Below are positions 28,367 through 39,257 of a DNA stretch of 62,242 bases, in pieces (positions within the stretch are counted from its first letter, which is position 1; each line of letters begins with the position of its first letter). The DNA comes from an uncultured Woeseiaceae bacterium (GTDB lineage: Bacteria > Pseudomonadota > Gammaproteobacteria > Steroidobacterales > Woeseiaceae): contig CAZLNH010000017.1 of assembly GCA_964560775.1 (NCBI GenBank), positions 1-62,242 on the forward strand, read 5' to 3'. The notes under the pieces are model-generated. The model saw only the letters and a program-made list of their open reading frames with translations, was not told the origin of the DNA and did not search any database. The position numbers were made by a program, and so were the translations under genes.

Positions 28367-30652
28367 ATGCGTATCGAGAAGGCAAACCCTGGAAGCGGCT
28401 CTGTCGCAGTTGACCGCCGGATACGGCCGGTCGCATGGCTGTGCGTGGCATATACAGGGTTACTGGTTGCCTTCCTGACAGACTGGCTGACTCCGCTGGG
28501 CTTTGCGCACGGCTACCTCTTTGTACCATTCGCGCTTGTGGCCGGAATGTCACGGCGGCCAATCCACGTCATTGCCGTCTCGCTGATTGGCAGCGCTCTG
28601 ATTGTTGCGGGTGCCCTGCTGTCGGAATCGCCCGCGCCGGATTTCCCGTCATGGATATACATCACGAATCTCGCCGTCAGTATCACCACTATCGCGGTCG
28701 CTGCAATTGTCGCTCTATTGCTGATCCGCTACGACGCAGCGCTGCGCGACTCGAAGTCGGAACTGTATGAGCGCCTGCAACTGCTGAACGTCGCCAGCGA
28801 AGCTGCACACATCGGCGGGTGGCGCTACGACCTCGACACTGAAGAAATCAGCTGGTCAAACGAGGTTGCCCGGATTCACCGGCAGGCGCCGGGATTTCAG
28901 CCGACAATCGAGCAGGGTCTGCAATTCTATGCGCCTGAGCATCGCGATCGAATCGGCAGCCTGTTGGAACGTTGTGCGTTGTCAGGCACGCCGTTCGACG
29001 AAGAGATGCAGATTGTCGTCGATAGCGGTCAGCGAGTCTGGGTGCGCGCAATCGGCGTGCCTGTCCGCGACAGCTCCGGCCGGGTTACGGCAATTCAGGG
29101 GGCATTCCAGGATATCAACCTGCGTAAACTGGCACAGGAAGAATCCCGCCAATTGAGTGAACGGCTGAGGTCGACGCTGGAGAACATCAGTGACGGCTTC
29201 ATCATGCTTGATAAAGACTGGCGATTGACGTTCATCAATCACCAGGGAGAGGCGATGGTCAATCGCACGCGGACTGAGCTACTCGGGCAGTCGTTTTGGT
29301 CGATATTTCCAGAGGCGGTCGGATCGCCGTTCGAAAGTCATTACAGGGGAGCAATCGAGCACAATCAATCGGTCAACTTTGAGGAATATTTTCCACCGCT
29401 TAAGACCTGGTTCAGTGTTAGCGCTTATCCGTCAGACGAAGGCCTCGCGATTTACTTTCGGGATGTTACGCGCCTGAAGTCTCTCGAGACTCAGTTGCAG
29501 GAAGCACAGCGCCTGGAAGCGGTAGGCCAGCTGACCGGTGGAATCGCGCACGACTTCAATAATTTGCTGACCGTCGTGATCGGCAATGCAGAGCTTCTCG
29601 CTGAATCTCTCGCGGAAAATGCGGAGCCGCTCGAACTGGTTAACAGTATCCAGAGCGCGGCTACCCGAGGCGCAGACCTTACCAAGAGCCTGCTCGCATT
29701 CGCCCGCCGGCAGCCGCTGCAGCCAAAGGCCGTCGATGCGGTGGCGCTCGTATACGGGCTGGAGACCCTGCTGCGCCGTGCAGTGGGAGAGGATGTCGAC
29801 CTGATTATAAGTGCGGAGAAAAACCTGAGCCTGGTCCAGGTCGATCCTGCGCAGCTCGAATCGGCATTGCTCAACCTCGCACTGAATGCCCGTGATGCAA
29901 TGCTCGATGGCGGCCGGCTGACCGTCGAGGTGCGGCATGGGTCCATCGATAGCGACTATGCCGAGGAGCACTCCGATGTGGACCCCGGGGACTATGTGTT
30001 GCTCGTCATAACGGACACCGGGGTCGGTGTGGCCCCGCAAAACCTGCCGAAGTTGTTTGAACCTTTCTACACCACCAAGGAACGCAGCAAAGGTAGCGGT
30101 CTCGGCTTAAGCATGGTTTTCGGATTCGTCAAACAGTCCGGCGGCCATGTCGCCGTCTATTCCGAGGTGGGTGTCGGCACATCGGTCAGGATGTATTTGC
30201 CGCCATCAGAGGGACAGGCGGCAGCGCAATTGCCAGAGTCACCCGAAGAGTCGCTGGTTGGCGGGAGCGAAACGATTCTGCTGGTGGAGGATGACGGCCT
30301 GGTACGGCAGTTCGCAGTGCGGCAACTGCGGGAGGTCGGATATACGGTCCTGGATGCGCCGCACGGACCAGGGGCTCTCGAGATCATGCAGAGCCACGAT
30401 AAACCGATCGACCTGCTGTTCACCGACGTCATCATGCCCGAAGGGATGAGCGGCCGGGTGCTGGCCGACGAGGCGCGTAAGTTGCAGCCGGATTTGAAGG
30501 TTCTTTTTTCGTCCGGCTATACCGAAACCGCGATACTGCATCATGGGCGGCTCGATGCTGACGTCTCACTGGTGAGTAAGCCGTACCGCAGGGCAGAACT
30601 TGTGCACCGCATACGCGAAGCGCTGGATGAAACCTTGAACGCAACACCGTAG
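28367..30652 (+). CDS. Hybrid sensor histidine kinase (TM, 2 PAS, HisKA, HATPase, REC)
   Basis: GGIAHDFNNLL, NLALNARDAM, GSGLGL, LLVEDD, LLFTDVIMP. Confidence 0.93.
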   Translation: MRIEKANPGSGSVAVDRRIRPVAWLCVAYTGLLVAFLTDWLTPLGFAHGYLFVPFALVAGMSRRPIHVIAVSLIGSALIVAGALLSESPAPDFPSWIYITNLAVSITTIAVAAIVALLLIRYDAALRDSKSELYERLQLLNVASEAAHIGGWRYDLDTEEISWSNEVARIHRQAPGFQPTIEQGLQFYAPEHRDRIGSLLERCALSGTPFDEEMQIVVDSGQRVWVRAIGVPVRDSSGRVTAIQGAFQDINLRKLAQEESRQLSERLRSTLENISDGFIMLDKDWRLTFINHQGEAMVNRTRTELLGQSFWSIFPEAVGSPFESHYRGAIEHNQSVNFEEYFPPLKTWFSVSAYPSDEGLAIYFRDVTRLKSLETQLQEAQRLEAVGQLTGGIAHDFNNLLTVVIGNAELLAESLAENAEPLELVNSIQSAATRGADLTKSLLAFARRQPLQPKAVDAVALVYGLETLLRRAVGEDVDLIISAEKNLSLVQVDPAQLESALLNLALNARDAMLDGGRLTVEVRHGSIDSDYAEEHSDVDPGDYVLLVITDTGVGVAPQNLPKLFEPFYTTKERSKGSGLGLSMVFGFVKQSGGHVAVYSEVGVGTSVRMYLPPSEGQAAAQLPESPEESLVGGSETILLVEDDGLVRQFAVRQLREVGYTVLDAPHGPGALEIMQSHDKPIDLLFTDVIMPEGMSGRVLADEARKLQPDLKVLFSSGYTETAILHHGRLDADVSLVSKPYRRAELVHRIREALDETLNATP

Positions 30653-30793
30653 GTAATATTACGTAGATTATCAAAAACAAAAACGTGATGACTGACACAG
30701 CAACAACAGTGCGGTCCGAATATATTTCACCTCGCTTGCAATACTTGCAGCATAAGCAAATGCGCAAGGCTTCCAGAATAAATTCGGGGGGAT

Positions 30794-31174
30794 GTGAGGT
30801 TGAAGGGTATTTTTTTCGGTTTGTTTTTTTCTGTAATCACGGGAACCGCGCTGGCGAATCCAGGTCCCGCTGACGGTCAGAAACTTAAATTTCCCATGCA
30901 AAACTACACCGGTCATTTCCGCGAGCATTGCATGACGCTGTCTTCCGGGCAGACATTCAAACTGACTGTGCGTACTCCGTATCCGGTCAAAGCCAACGTT
31001 CATCATCATACTCGCTACAAAACACTTTTTCTGTTCAACAGGATGTTTGGCGATGCCGAATCGGAATCGGTAACTACCAAAGCGGGTGGCGAGTACTGCA
31101 TCGAAGTAACCAACGTCGAAAACCGCGAAGCAGGCTTCGAGGTCCAGCTGGAGTTGGATTTGCCGGCTGATTGA
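30794..31174 (+). CDS. Secreted hypothetical protein
   Basis: Signal peptide ending ALA; beta-rich. Confidence 0.6.
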   Translation: MRLKGIFFGLFFSVITGTALANPGPADGQKLKFPMQNYTGHFREHCMTLSSGQTFKLTVRTPYPVKANVHHHTRYKTLFLFNRMFGDAESESVTTKAGGEYCIEVTNVENREAGFEVQLELDLPAD

Positions 31175-31274
31175 CCCGGACGGTAGCTCGGCTATAACCA
31201 TCCAAAATAGTTCGTTCATCACTGCTTTTTCATGGCAGCGGGCTGCTTACAGCCCGAGAAACAGGGCATACGCA

Positions 31275-34200
31275 ATGAAAGGAATCATCGGGGCCATCCG
31301 TAATCTGCTGAACCAGCGGACGAATATAGCCGCACTTACCATGTTGTCACTGGTTCTGTGTGCGCCTGCGGCGTTCGCATCACTGCCGGCGGAGCGGCAA
31401 GCGACTTCAGATCGCAGTCTCGTTGTAGTCGATGCGACGATACGCGACCCGGCGACATTCAACCCGGGTGGTGCAGGCGACCGATTGCTGCGCATTGACG
31501 GTGGCTCTGATGCACTGGCTGCTATCGCACGAGTCGTATCGGAAGAAGGTCCTTTCGATAGCCTGCATATCGTGTCCCACGGACAATCCGGCTCAATGAG
31601 CCTGGGCGGACAGCAAGTTGATCTGCAGGTCCTGTCCGAAAGCTCACTCTCGCTCGATGCCATTGCTGCGGGCCTTGCGAGTGATGCCGGGGTTTTCCTC
31701 TATGGCTGCAACATTGCCGGCATGGAATCCGGACAAACGTTCGTCGACGCGTTCGCCGACCGCCTCGGCAGGCCTGTTGCGGCGTCGGTGGATACGACTG
31801 GTGGCAGCGACCTGGGCGGTGACTGGGACCTTGAGTACACGACCAGCAAAATCATTACGTCAAACCCATTTAATTTCGGATTGCTTGACGGTTACGCAGA
31901 CACGCTGTCCCACTTTCGCGGCGGCTCGATATCGTGGCAGGCGGCGGATCTCGATAGCGATGGCAGGCGCAACGATATCCGGATCACCGTCAAGACTGCA
32001 TGGCGGTCCGATGCCGCCGTTTCAATATTCTCGCTCGGCTCAACACCGGCACTGACGATAACCCAGTCCAACGAGAGCCTGATCTATGTCGGAGGCACTG
32101 GCCCGCTTGATTCGGACTACGCCCTTCAAACCACCATTCTGGAAGCGCGAGACCTCGATCCGGACACCAAGTACCTGATCAATTACTCCAGTTCTGCCCG
32201 CATCGGGAATCTCGTCAACAACGCGAACGGCGCATGGAATATCCAGAGTACCGTCTATCTTGCAGATAATAATCTCGCACCGAAAATTGACTTGCCAATC
32301 ATCTTCCAGGTGCCGCAGTTTCAATCGGACGGCACCACCGTCCTGACGGACTGGACATACGATATCGGTTCGACTGACCCGAACGCGGACAAGCTGCGTT
32401 ACCGGCTGGCGAACCTTAGCGAGTTGGGCGGTGGTACCAATCCGGACGGCCTTTCAATAAACCCGAATACCGGATTGCTGACATGGAGTGGCTCGGGGAC
32501 GAAACCGACAGGGCTCTACAGCGGCGGCATTGTCGCGGAAGATGTCGATGAGTTTGGCAATCCCAAATCCAAATCGCATGTGGATTTCATACTGGATTTG
32601 CAGCCCACGGCGGCAGTTGCGTTTACCCAGTCATCAGATATTCCCGAAACCAACAATATCCGCGTTGAGAAGGGCGCGACCTACGAATTTTCAATCACCG
32701 GCTCAGCTATTGAGACGACCAGCCTTGGAGATATTCAGGGTGCGTTGACCGAGACGACGGAAGGAAATTTCGTTTTCGATCCGGGCCCGGTCGGGTCCGG
32801 TCTTGATCCTGCTTCGTACCCGATAACCTTCGAGATATCTGACTCCAATGGCGGCCTCAGCAATTCGTATCTGACACTGAATTTTATTGTGCCGGATCCC
32901 AACGCGCCGAATATCGAGAGGATCGAGGGCGATCGGACCATTTACAACTCGCTGGTTTCTCAACCGGTTGATGAGAAACTGGACGCGCTGCTGAGCGACG
33001 TCGATAACACGCATTTCAACGGCGGCCGCATCAAGTTTAATGTCACGTTCACCGACGGCCAGTACGAAATTCTGGCTATCGAATCCGTCGGGGACGGCCT
33101 CGACGAGATACGTGTTGACGGTGCCGATATCTACTACGAAGGAAATCACTTCGCGACGGCCAGCGGTACGCTGGACGGAGTCGGCAAGGCACTTTCGGTA
33201 GATTTCACAAGCGAAGATGCAACGATCGCAGCCGTGCAAAAGCTGGTTCGCAGCCTGACGTATGAAGATACGTTCATTCTGCGTGCCGTTGGTGATCGTG
33301 CGCTGTCGGTGTTTATCGAGGATCCGGAGGGGCACACCAGTTCGTATGACCTGTTTATCGATGTTCAGGCGCACCCATCGGCACCGCCTCCAGGCGGCGG
33401 CCCGGTCGAGGCCGCGAATGAACTGGTCATCGTCGAAGGTGCCACGGTTTCGATCAGCGACGAGAACCTGAATTATGCGGACCCGGACGACGGCGATACC
33501 GTTACGCTCACCGTCAGTAGTATGGCCCATGGCCAGTTTGAGCTGGTCAGCAGTGCAGGCAATGCGATCACGACATTCACTCAGGAGCAGGTAACGCTTG
33601 GCCAGATTGCGTTTGCGCATGACGGCTCGGAAGTTGCACCGAGCTTTGATGTCTCCGCGTCGGATGGTACCAATCCGGCGACGACTCCGTCTGCCGCATC
33701 GATCACCTTCACCAATGTCGCCGATCAGGCACCCGTCATTAGCGGTACCCCGGCTACGACAGCTGCTGAGAACAGCGCATATACATTTACACCGGCGGCG
33801 ACAGACGCGGATATCGGTACCGGCAGTGATCTGATTTTCGCTGTCTCCAACCTGCCGGCCTGGGCAACGTTCGATACCGAAACCGGCACGATGTCGGGAC
33901 TGCCCGAAAGCGCCGATATCGGCACCCACAGCAACATCGTTATTTCGGTTACCGATGACGGCGGCCTGGGTGACGCGCTGCCCGCGTTCTCGGTCACGGT
34001 CGCTCCGGATCCGGACACCGACGGCGACGGCGTACCGGAGTCGGTGGAACTGGCGGACGGCACGAACCCGAACGACGCCGGCGACTACCGCGATACCGAT
34101 GGCGACGGTGCGCCCGACTATATCGAAACCGTTATTGACGGCACGGATCCGGACGACTCCAACGACTATGTGGATTCAGACAGCGACGGTGTCCCGGATT

Positions 34201-37200
34201 ACGTCGAAGACAACGTCTACGGCACGGACCCGCAAGTTCCCGACGCTGGTGATACCGACGGCGATGGTGTGCCGGACTACCAGGAAAGCTACGTTGACGG
34301 GACCGCCGCGGACGATACGACGAATTTCGCGGACAGTGACGGTGACGGCGTACCTGATCACGTCGAGACAAACGTTTACGGTACCGATCCGCAGGTAGCC
34401 GATGCCGGTGATGCGGACGGTGATGGAGTTCCCGACTACACCGAGTCTTTCGTCGATGGCACAGATCCGGGTGACGGAACCGCCTTCGCCGACAGTGATG
34501 GCGACGGTGTGCCGGACTACGTTGAAACCAACGTCTACGGCACTGACCCCCAGGTCGCCGATAGCGGCGACACGGATGGCGACGGCGTACCCGACTACAA
34601 TGAAACTTACGTCGACTTCACCGATCCCGATGACGCCACCGACTACCGCGATAGCGACGATGACGGCGTTCCCGATCATGTCGAAGTCAACGCCGATAAT
34701 ACGGATCCATCTGATGCAAACGATTTCACCGATACGGATGGTGATGGCGTTCCGGACTACGTTGAAACTGAAAGGGATGGCACCGACCCGGACGATTCAG
34801 CCGATAACCGTGACAGCGACGGTGACGGCGTCCCCGACTACGTCGAGGTTGCCGTCTACGACACGGATCCACAGACGGCAGACGCGGGCGATACTGATGG
34901 CGACGGTGTACCCGACTATACCGAGACATACGTTCATGGCACGGACCCGAGTGATGCGACGCTTTACCTCGACAGCGACAATGACGGCGTACCCGATCAC
35001 GTCGAAACAGAGGTCGACGGCACAGACCCGCAGGGCAGCAATTCGTTTGTCGATACGGATAGCGACGGCGTTCCCGACTACGTTGAAACCAACATCGAAG
35101 ACAGCGATCCCGTGGACCCGACCAACTACCAGGACAGCGACGGCGACGGCGTTGCCGACTACGTCGAAGCACATGCAGGTACCGATCCCGGCGACCCGGC
35201 GGACGCGCCTGTGACGTTCGCAACGGTCGACGCGACGGGACTGTACACACCGGTGTCTTTCGACGCGCTTGAAACGCTCGGCCTGATCGCGGCTGGTGAT
35301 GCCGCGAACTGCTGCGGTGACTACCCGCAGCTGGCGGACTCCGGAGCGCCGATGTTCGAGCCCGGCCGCAACCGCATCGAATGGGCCGGGCAGGGCACGA
35401 ACGTGCTGATCGTCCGGCCGATCGTCTCACTGGGCCCGGACACGAACGTGGCCGAGGGGCAGGTCGCGAGCTTTACTGTGTGGCTGAACGGTCCGGCTGC
35501 GAACTATCCGCTGATCGTGCCGTACACAATTTCCGGCACGGCTAATGACCAGGATCACGATCTCGACGCGGAAGGCGCGGCGGTGTTCCTCGCAGGGGAA
35601 ACCAGCACGACGGTAACGTTCATGGTCGCGGCCGACACTGTCACCGAGGGCGACGAGACCATCGTCGTAGCGCTCGACGACGCGGGCCTGAACATTGGAA
35701 CGGCCGCCGTGCAAACGCTGTCTATCGTTGAATCCAATTTGTCCGCGCAGGTTAAGCTTCGTGTCGCGCAGGATGGCGATCCCAGGATGACCGTGTCGCA
35801 GGCGAGTGGACCGGTGACGGTAACGGCGCTCGTCGACGACCCAAACGGCGGAGACAGCCATACCTATCAATGGTCTGTCAGCGACGGCAGCCTCGTTGAC
35901 AATGATGACGATACGGCGACGTTTACATTTGATTCGCAAACTGTTGTCGAGGGTGTATACGAGGTTACGGTTACGGTAACCGATGATGGCGAGCCGGCCC
36001 AAAGTGGCATCGCATCCGTGCGTATACGGGTGCTTACAAGCCTTCCGCAGCTGGACGATACCGACAGCGACGGCGACGGGATAAGCGATATGGTCGAAGG
36101 ACATGCCGACACCGACCAGGACGGCATACCGGATTACCTCGATGCGCATCCGGCGATGAACGTTATGCAGGAATCGTCCGACGAGCCACAGTCATTCCTC
36201 GTCGAGTGTGACGCGGGCAATGGCTGCCGTATCGGCATGATGGCTATGGCAGGCACCAGTGGCGGTGCGCTCCTTTCGCAGGACCAGGCATCCGCGCTGT
36301 TGCAGGATGCCGACTACGATAACGTCGGTGGACTGTTCGATGTCGATATACTGATGCCGGTTGCCGGGCAGCAGGGCCGGATTGTCATTCCACAGCGAGC
36401 ACCGGTGCCCTCCGCGGCTTCGTTCCGGATCTACATTGATGGAGGTTGGCGGGACTTCGTTCACAACGACGCCAATGGTATCTACTCGGCACCGGGCAAC
36501 GCCGGCATGTGCCCGCCTCCGGGTAATGCCGCCTACACGCCGGGGCTGGCGGAAGGCGACTGGTGCGTCATGGTGGTCATTGAAGAGGGCGGCCCGAACG
36601 ACGTAGACAAATTGTCGGACTTCACTGCATCAATGACCGGCGGTGTTGGTGAGGCCAGCGAAATAGTCTATAAGACGAACGGCGGCAGCAATGGCGGCGG
36701 CTCGGTGCATCCGGCGATATTGCTGATCCTCACGATCGGTCTGTTCGGGGCCGTGCGACGGCGCCTGGTAGTTGGCCGCATAGCCGGGTTGCCGTTGCTG
36801 GCAGCAGTGCTGGCGGTCATGGTTGCAGCACCAGGCATTACGCATGCCCAATCAACAAATGACGGCACATTTGCAAGTGAGACCTGGTGGCGGTCCGTAT
36901 TTGTCAGCGCGAACTTCGGCTCGGCGAATACCGACGTCGGCGCAGCTGATCTTGAGGCGCGCTTCGCGGCCCGGGGCACGAGCGTGGAAGTCGCTTCTAT
37001 CGACAGGCGTCGCGCCGGCTGGGGAGTGAGCGCCGGCTACCGGCTGGACCGGCTGCTGCCGGGATTGGTCGCCGAGGTTGGTTACCAGGATCTCGGAGAA
37101 GTCGATGTGACGTTCAGCGCGCTCAGCACGACAAACGGCATTGCAGACGTACGGCCGGAATCCGGTGACGGCGTCACTGCATCGGCCGCCTACCGTCTTG

Positions 37201-37457
37201 CATTGTCGGACCGTTTTGGTTTACAGCTGCGCGGCGGATTGTACGCATGGGAAGCCGACTACGAATCGTATCGCATGGACAGCGAGAGCATCGTCGACTC
37301 CGGGTCGGCGAGTGGCACAGACCTTTACTGGGGTCTCGGCGGCTACTGGCAGGTGCTCGAGCGGATGTCGGTCGATGCCGAATACCAACAATACGAGTTC
37401 GACCGCCAGCCGGCCGGCTATTTTCGCATCGCGCTGCGCTGGTCGTTCGACTATTGA
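31275..37457 (+). CDS. Giant adhesin-like protein: DUF4347, cadherin/Ig-like domains, TSP3-like Ca-binding repeats, Calx-beta, GlyGly-CTERM-like segment, C-terminal beta-barrel
   Basis: LHIVSHG...LYGCN...GGDWDLE (DUF4347); NLPAWATFD-ETG (putative Ig); DxDGDGVPD repeats; EGDET (Calx-beta); AEVGYQDLG barrel. Confidence 0.9.
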   Translation: MKGIIGAIRNLLNQRTNIAALTMLSLVLCAPAAFASLPAERQATSDRSLVVVDATIRDPATFNPGGAGDRLLRIDGGSDALAAIARVVSEEGPFDSLHIVSHGQSGSMSLGGQQVDLQVLSESSLSLDAIAAGLASDAGVFLYGCNIAGMESGQTFVDAFADRLGRPVAASVDTTGGSDLGGDWDLEYTTSKIITSNPFNFGLLDGYADTLSHFRGGSISWQAADLDSDGRRNDIRITVKTAWRSDAAVSIFSLGSTPALTITQSNESLIYVGGTGPLDSDYALQTTILEARDLDPDTKYLINYSSSARIGNLVNNANGAWNIQSTVYLADNNLAPKIDLPIIFQVPQFQSDGTTVLTDWTYDIGSTDPNADKLRYRLANLSELGGGTNPDGLSINPNTGLLTWSGSGTKPTGLYSGGIVAEDVDEFGNPKSKSHVDFILDLQPTAAVAFTQSSDIPETNNIRVEKGATYEFSITGSAIETTSLGDIQGALTETTEGNFVFDPGPVGSGLDPASYPITFEISDSNGGLSNSYLTLNFIVPDPNAPNIERIEGDRTIYNSLVSQPVDEKLDALLSDVDNTHFNGGRIKFNVTFTDGQYEILAIESVGDGLDEIRVDGADIYYEGNHFATASGTLDGVGKALSVDFTSEDATIAAVQKLVRSLTYEDTFILRAVGDRALSVFIEDPEGHTSSYDLFIDVQAHPSAPPPGGGPVEAANELVIVEGATVSISDENLNYADPDDGDTVTLTVSSMAHGQFELVSSAGNAITTFTQEQVTLGQIAFAHDGSEVAPSFDVSASDGTNPATTPSAASITFTNVADQAPVISGTPATTAAENSAYTFTPAATDADIGTGSDLIFAVSNLPAWATFDTETGTMSGLPESADIGTHSNIVISVTDDGGLGDALPAFSVTVAPDPDTDGDGVPESVELADGTNPNDAGDYRDTDGDGAPDYIETVIDGTDPDDSNDYVDSDSDGVPDYVEDNVYGTDPQVPDAGDTDGDGVPDYQESYVDGTAADDTTNFADSDGDGVPDHVETNVYGTDPQVADAGDADGDGVPDYTESFVDGTDPGDGTAFADSDGDGVPDYVETNVYGTDPQVADSGDTDGDGVPDYNETYVDFTDPDDATDYRDSDDDGVPDHVEVNADNTDPSDANDFTDTDGDGVPDYVETERDGTDPDDSADNRDSDGDGVPDYVEVAVYDTDPQTADAGDTDGDGVPDYTETYVHGTDPSDATLYLDSDNDGVPDHVETEVDGTDPQGSNSFVDTDSDGVPDYVETNIEDSDPVDPTNYQDSDGDGVADYVEAHAGTDPGDPADAPVTFATVDATGLYTPVSFDALETLGLIAAGDAANCCGDYPQLADSGAPMFEPGRNRIEWAGQGTNVLIVRPIVSLGPDTNVAEGQVASFTVWLNGPAANYPLIVPYTISGTANDQDHDLDAEGAAVFLAGETSTTVTFMVAADTVTEGDETIVVALDDAGLNIGTAAVQTLSIVESNLSAQVKLRVAQDGDPRMTVSQASGPVTVTALVDDPNGGDSHTYQWSVSDGSLVDNDDDTATFTFDSQTVVEGVYEVTVTVTDDGEPAQSGIASVRIRVLTSLPQLDDTDSDGDGISDMVEGHADTDQDGIPDYLDAHPAMNVMQESSDEPQSFLVECDAGNGCRIGMMAMAGTSGGALLSQDQASALLQDADYDNVGGLFDVDILMPVAGQQGRIVIPQRAPVPSAASFRIYIDGGWRDFVHNDANGIYSAPGNAGMCPPPGNAAYTPGLAEGDWCVMVVIEEGGPNDVDKLSDFTASMTGGVGEASEIVYKTNGGSNGGGSVHPAILLILTIGLFGAVRRRLVVGRIAGLPLLAAVLAVMVAAPGITHAQSTNDGTFASETWWRSVFVSANFGSANTDVGAADLEARFAARGTSVEVASIDRRRAGWGVSAGYRLDRLLPGLVAEVGYQDLGEVDVTFSALSTTNGIADVRPESGDGVTASAAYRLALSDRFGLQLRGGLYAWEADYESYRMDSESIVDSGSASGTDLYWGLGGYWQVLERMSVDAEYQQYEFDRQPAGYFRIALRWSFDY
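34014..35205 (+). repeat. 15 intragenic tandem repeats of 26-27 aa (DxDxDGVPDxxE...GTDP)
   Basis: Counted in the translation of 31275-37457. Confidence 0.9.
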
Positions 37458-37541
37458 GACCCTGGCCGGCGACAGGCCCAGGCTTGTCGCCGGTCCTCGA
37501 GCAAGGGCGCGGCTATCCGCACGCCTGCATCTTCTCGCCTC

Positions 37542-39032
37542 TTACTGCCGCGGGTGCAGCCAGTTTGGTAGAAAGCTGTACGGGTCGTCGCTGACGGACC
37601 GGTTGTAGGCCACGCCCAGTTCTTCGAGCTGTTTCTGTAACGTACCATCCCGCCAGCCGTCGAATACGTCAGTACATCCTCCAACGAACTCGCCGCCGAT
37701 GAAAATCTGCGGCAATGTATTCCATGTCGTCTTGCTCTTCAGCACTTCGCGTATCTGCCCGCCGCGATTGCCTTGCTGATAAGCGACCGAATCGATGTCA
37801 ACGGAGTGGTAGGGAATCCCGTACTTCGCGAACATCCGCCGCAACGACCAGCAGAACTCGCACCATTCCATCGCGAACATGACGACCGGCTTGCCGCTAT
37901 CAGCCAGCAGCGCATCAACCTCGTCGAGCGCCACCTTGTCGACGGCGGGCGCGGCGCTGTCGTCAGCAGCCGGCGGCGGCCCGGCTGTGTCGAAGCGGTA
38001 ACCCGGCGTCGAAGCTGCGATCGACTGTTCATCGTCGGTCATCTCGCTGGCGATATTCTCGAACAGTATTGTCGATAAATAGCGCTCGCCGGTATCCGGT
38101 AACATGCACAGCAACGTTGTGCCGGCGCCAGCTGATTCCGCAATTTTTAGCGCACCGGCAAACGTCGCCCCGCCGGAGATGCCAGTAAAGATACCCTCGT
38201 GCCGGGCGAGATCGCGGGCATACCGTAGCGCCTGCGCGCCGTCGATCGCGATGAAATCATCGATGTGATTTTTCGACAACACCTCCTCGGCCAGTTTGGG
38301 CACGAAGTCGGGCGACCAGCCCTGCATCAGGTGCGGTCGAAACAGCGGGTGGCTGCCGGACGGTGAACCATCAGCGTTGCGCGGTTGCGCGATACCGCCG
38401 CCGAGGATTCTCGAGTTGTCCGGTTCGCAGACTGCAATCCGGGTGGCAGGGCTGCGTTCCTTCAGGACACGTGACACGCCATTGACAGTGCCGCCGGTAC
38501 CGAAACCGCTGACCCAGTAGTCGAGGCGGGTGTCGTCGAATGCCTCGAGGATTTCAATCGCCGTGGTCCGCGCGTGAATTTCGGCGTTCGCGGGGTTTTC
38601 AAACTGGCGCGGCTGCCACCAGCCATGGGCTTCGGCCAGTTCCATTGCTTTGGCGACCATCCCGGAGCCCTTGAGCGCTGCCGGCGTCAGCACGACTTTG
38701 GCACCGAGGAAGCGAAGCATCTTGCGGCGCTCGATACTGAAATTCTCGGCCATTGTGACTACCAGCGGGTAGCCTTTCTGCGCACACACCATCGCCAGGC
38801 CGATTCCGGTGTTGCCACTGGTTGCCTCGACGATCGTCTGCCCGGGTTTGAGTTCGCCGCGCTGTTCGGCATCCTCTATAACGCCGAGCGCCAGCCGGTC
38901 CTTGACGGACCCCATCGGGTTGAAGGCTTCGAGCTTGACGTAGAGCTCGATGCCGGGCGGGGCGAGCTTGTTGATACGGACTACCGGCGTATTGCCGATG
39001 GTCTCGAGAATATTCTGGAAACGTTTGGCCAT
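37542..39032 (-). CDS. cysK: Cysteine synthase A fused to a C-terminal glutaredoxin domain
   Basis: NPMGSVKDR PLP lysine, EATSGNTG, PDTGERYLST; then WCEFC...TLPQIFIGGEFVGG. Confidence 0.9.
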   Translation of the reverse strand: MAKRFQNILETIGNTPVVRINKLAPPGIELYVKLEAFNPMGSVKDRLALGVIEDAEQRGELKPGQTIVEATSGNTGIGLAMVCAQKGYPLVVTMAENFSIERRKMLRFLGAKVVLTPAALKGSGMVAKAMELAEAHGWWQPRQFENPANAEIHARTTAIEILEAFDDTRLDYWVSGFGTGGTVNGVSRVLKERSPATRIAVCEPDNSRILGGGIAQPRNADGSPSGSHPLFRPHLMQGWSPDFVPKLAEEVLSKNHIDDFIAIDGAQALRYARDLARHEGIFTGISGGATFAGALKIAESAGAGTTLLCMLPDTGERYLSTILFENIASEMTDDEQSIAASTPGYRFDTAGPPPAADDSAAPAVDKVALDEVDALLADSGKPVVMFAMEWCEFCWSLRRMFAKYGIPYHSVDIDSVAYQQGNRGGQIREVLKSKTTWNTLPQIFIGGEFVGGCTDVFDGWRDGTLQKQLEELGVAYNRSVSDDPYSFLPNWLHPRQ

Positions 39033-39054
39033 GGTGAAAAACCCCGTCCATGCA

Positions 39055-39129
39055 GTCATCGGGAGCCCGAAGGGCGTGGCGACCTCGCGGACAACCCGTC
39101 ATCGCCACGCCCTTCGGGCTCCCGATGAC
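39055..39129. repeat. Perfect 28-bp inverted repeat, REP-like family
   Basis: GTCATCGGGAGCCCGAAGGGCGTGGCGA (39055-39082) and its reverse complement (39102-39129). Confidence 0.85.
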
Positions 39130-39257
39130 GCTCTGGTCCGCACATTATCATCACAAAATCGCCGCTGCCTGCAATACCGCGCGGCGCCAGGTCCAAGCAA
39201 TGCCGCGGCCGCAAACATATGCGTTACCATTGCCGCAAGTTGGTCGCGGGACGCGCA

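Noticed and set aside
34014-35205. Periodic DNA repeats as a CRISPR array
   Set aside because: Repeats are in-frame, degenerate at third codon positions and encode Ca-binding motifs; no cas genes.
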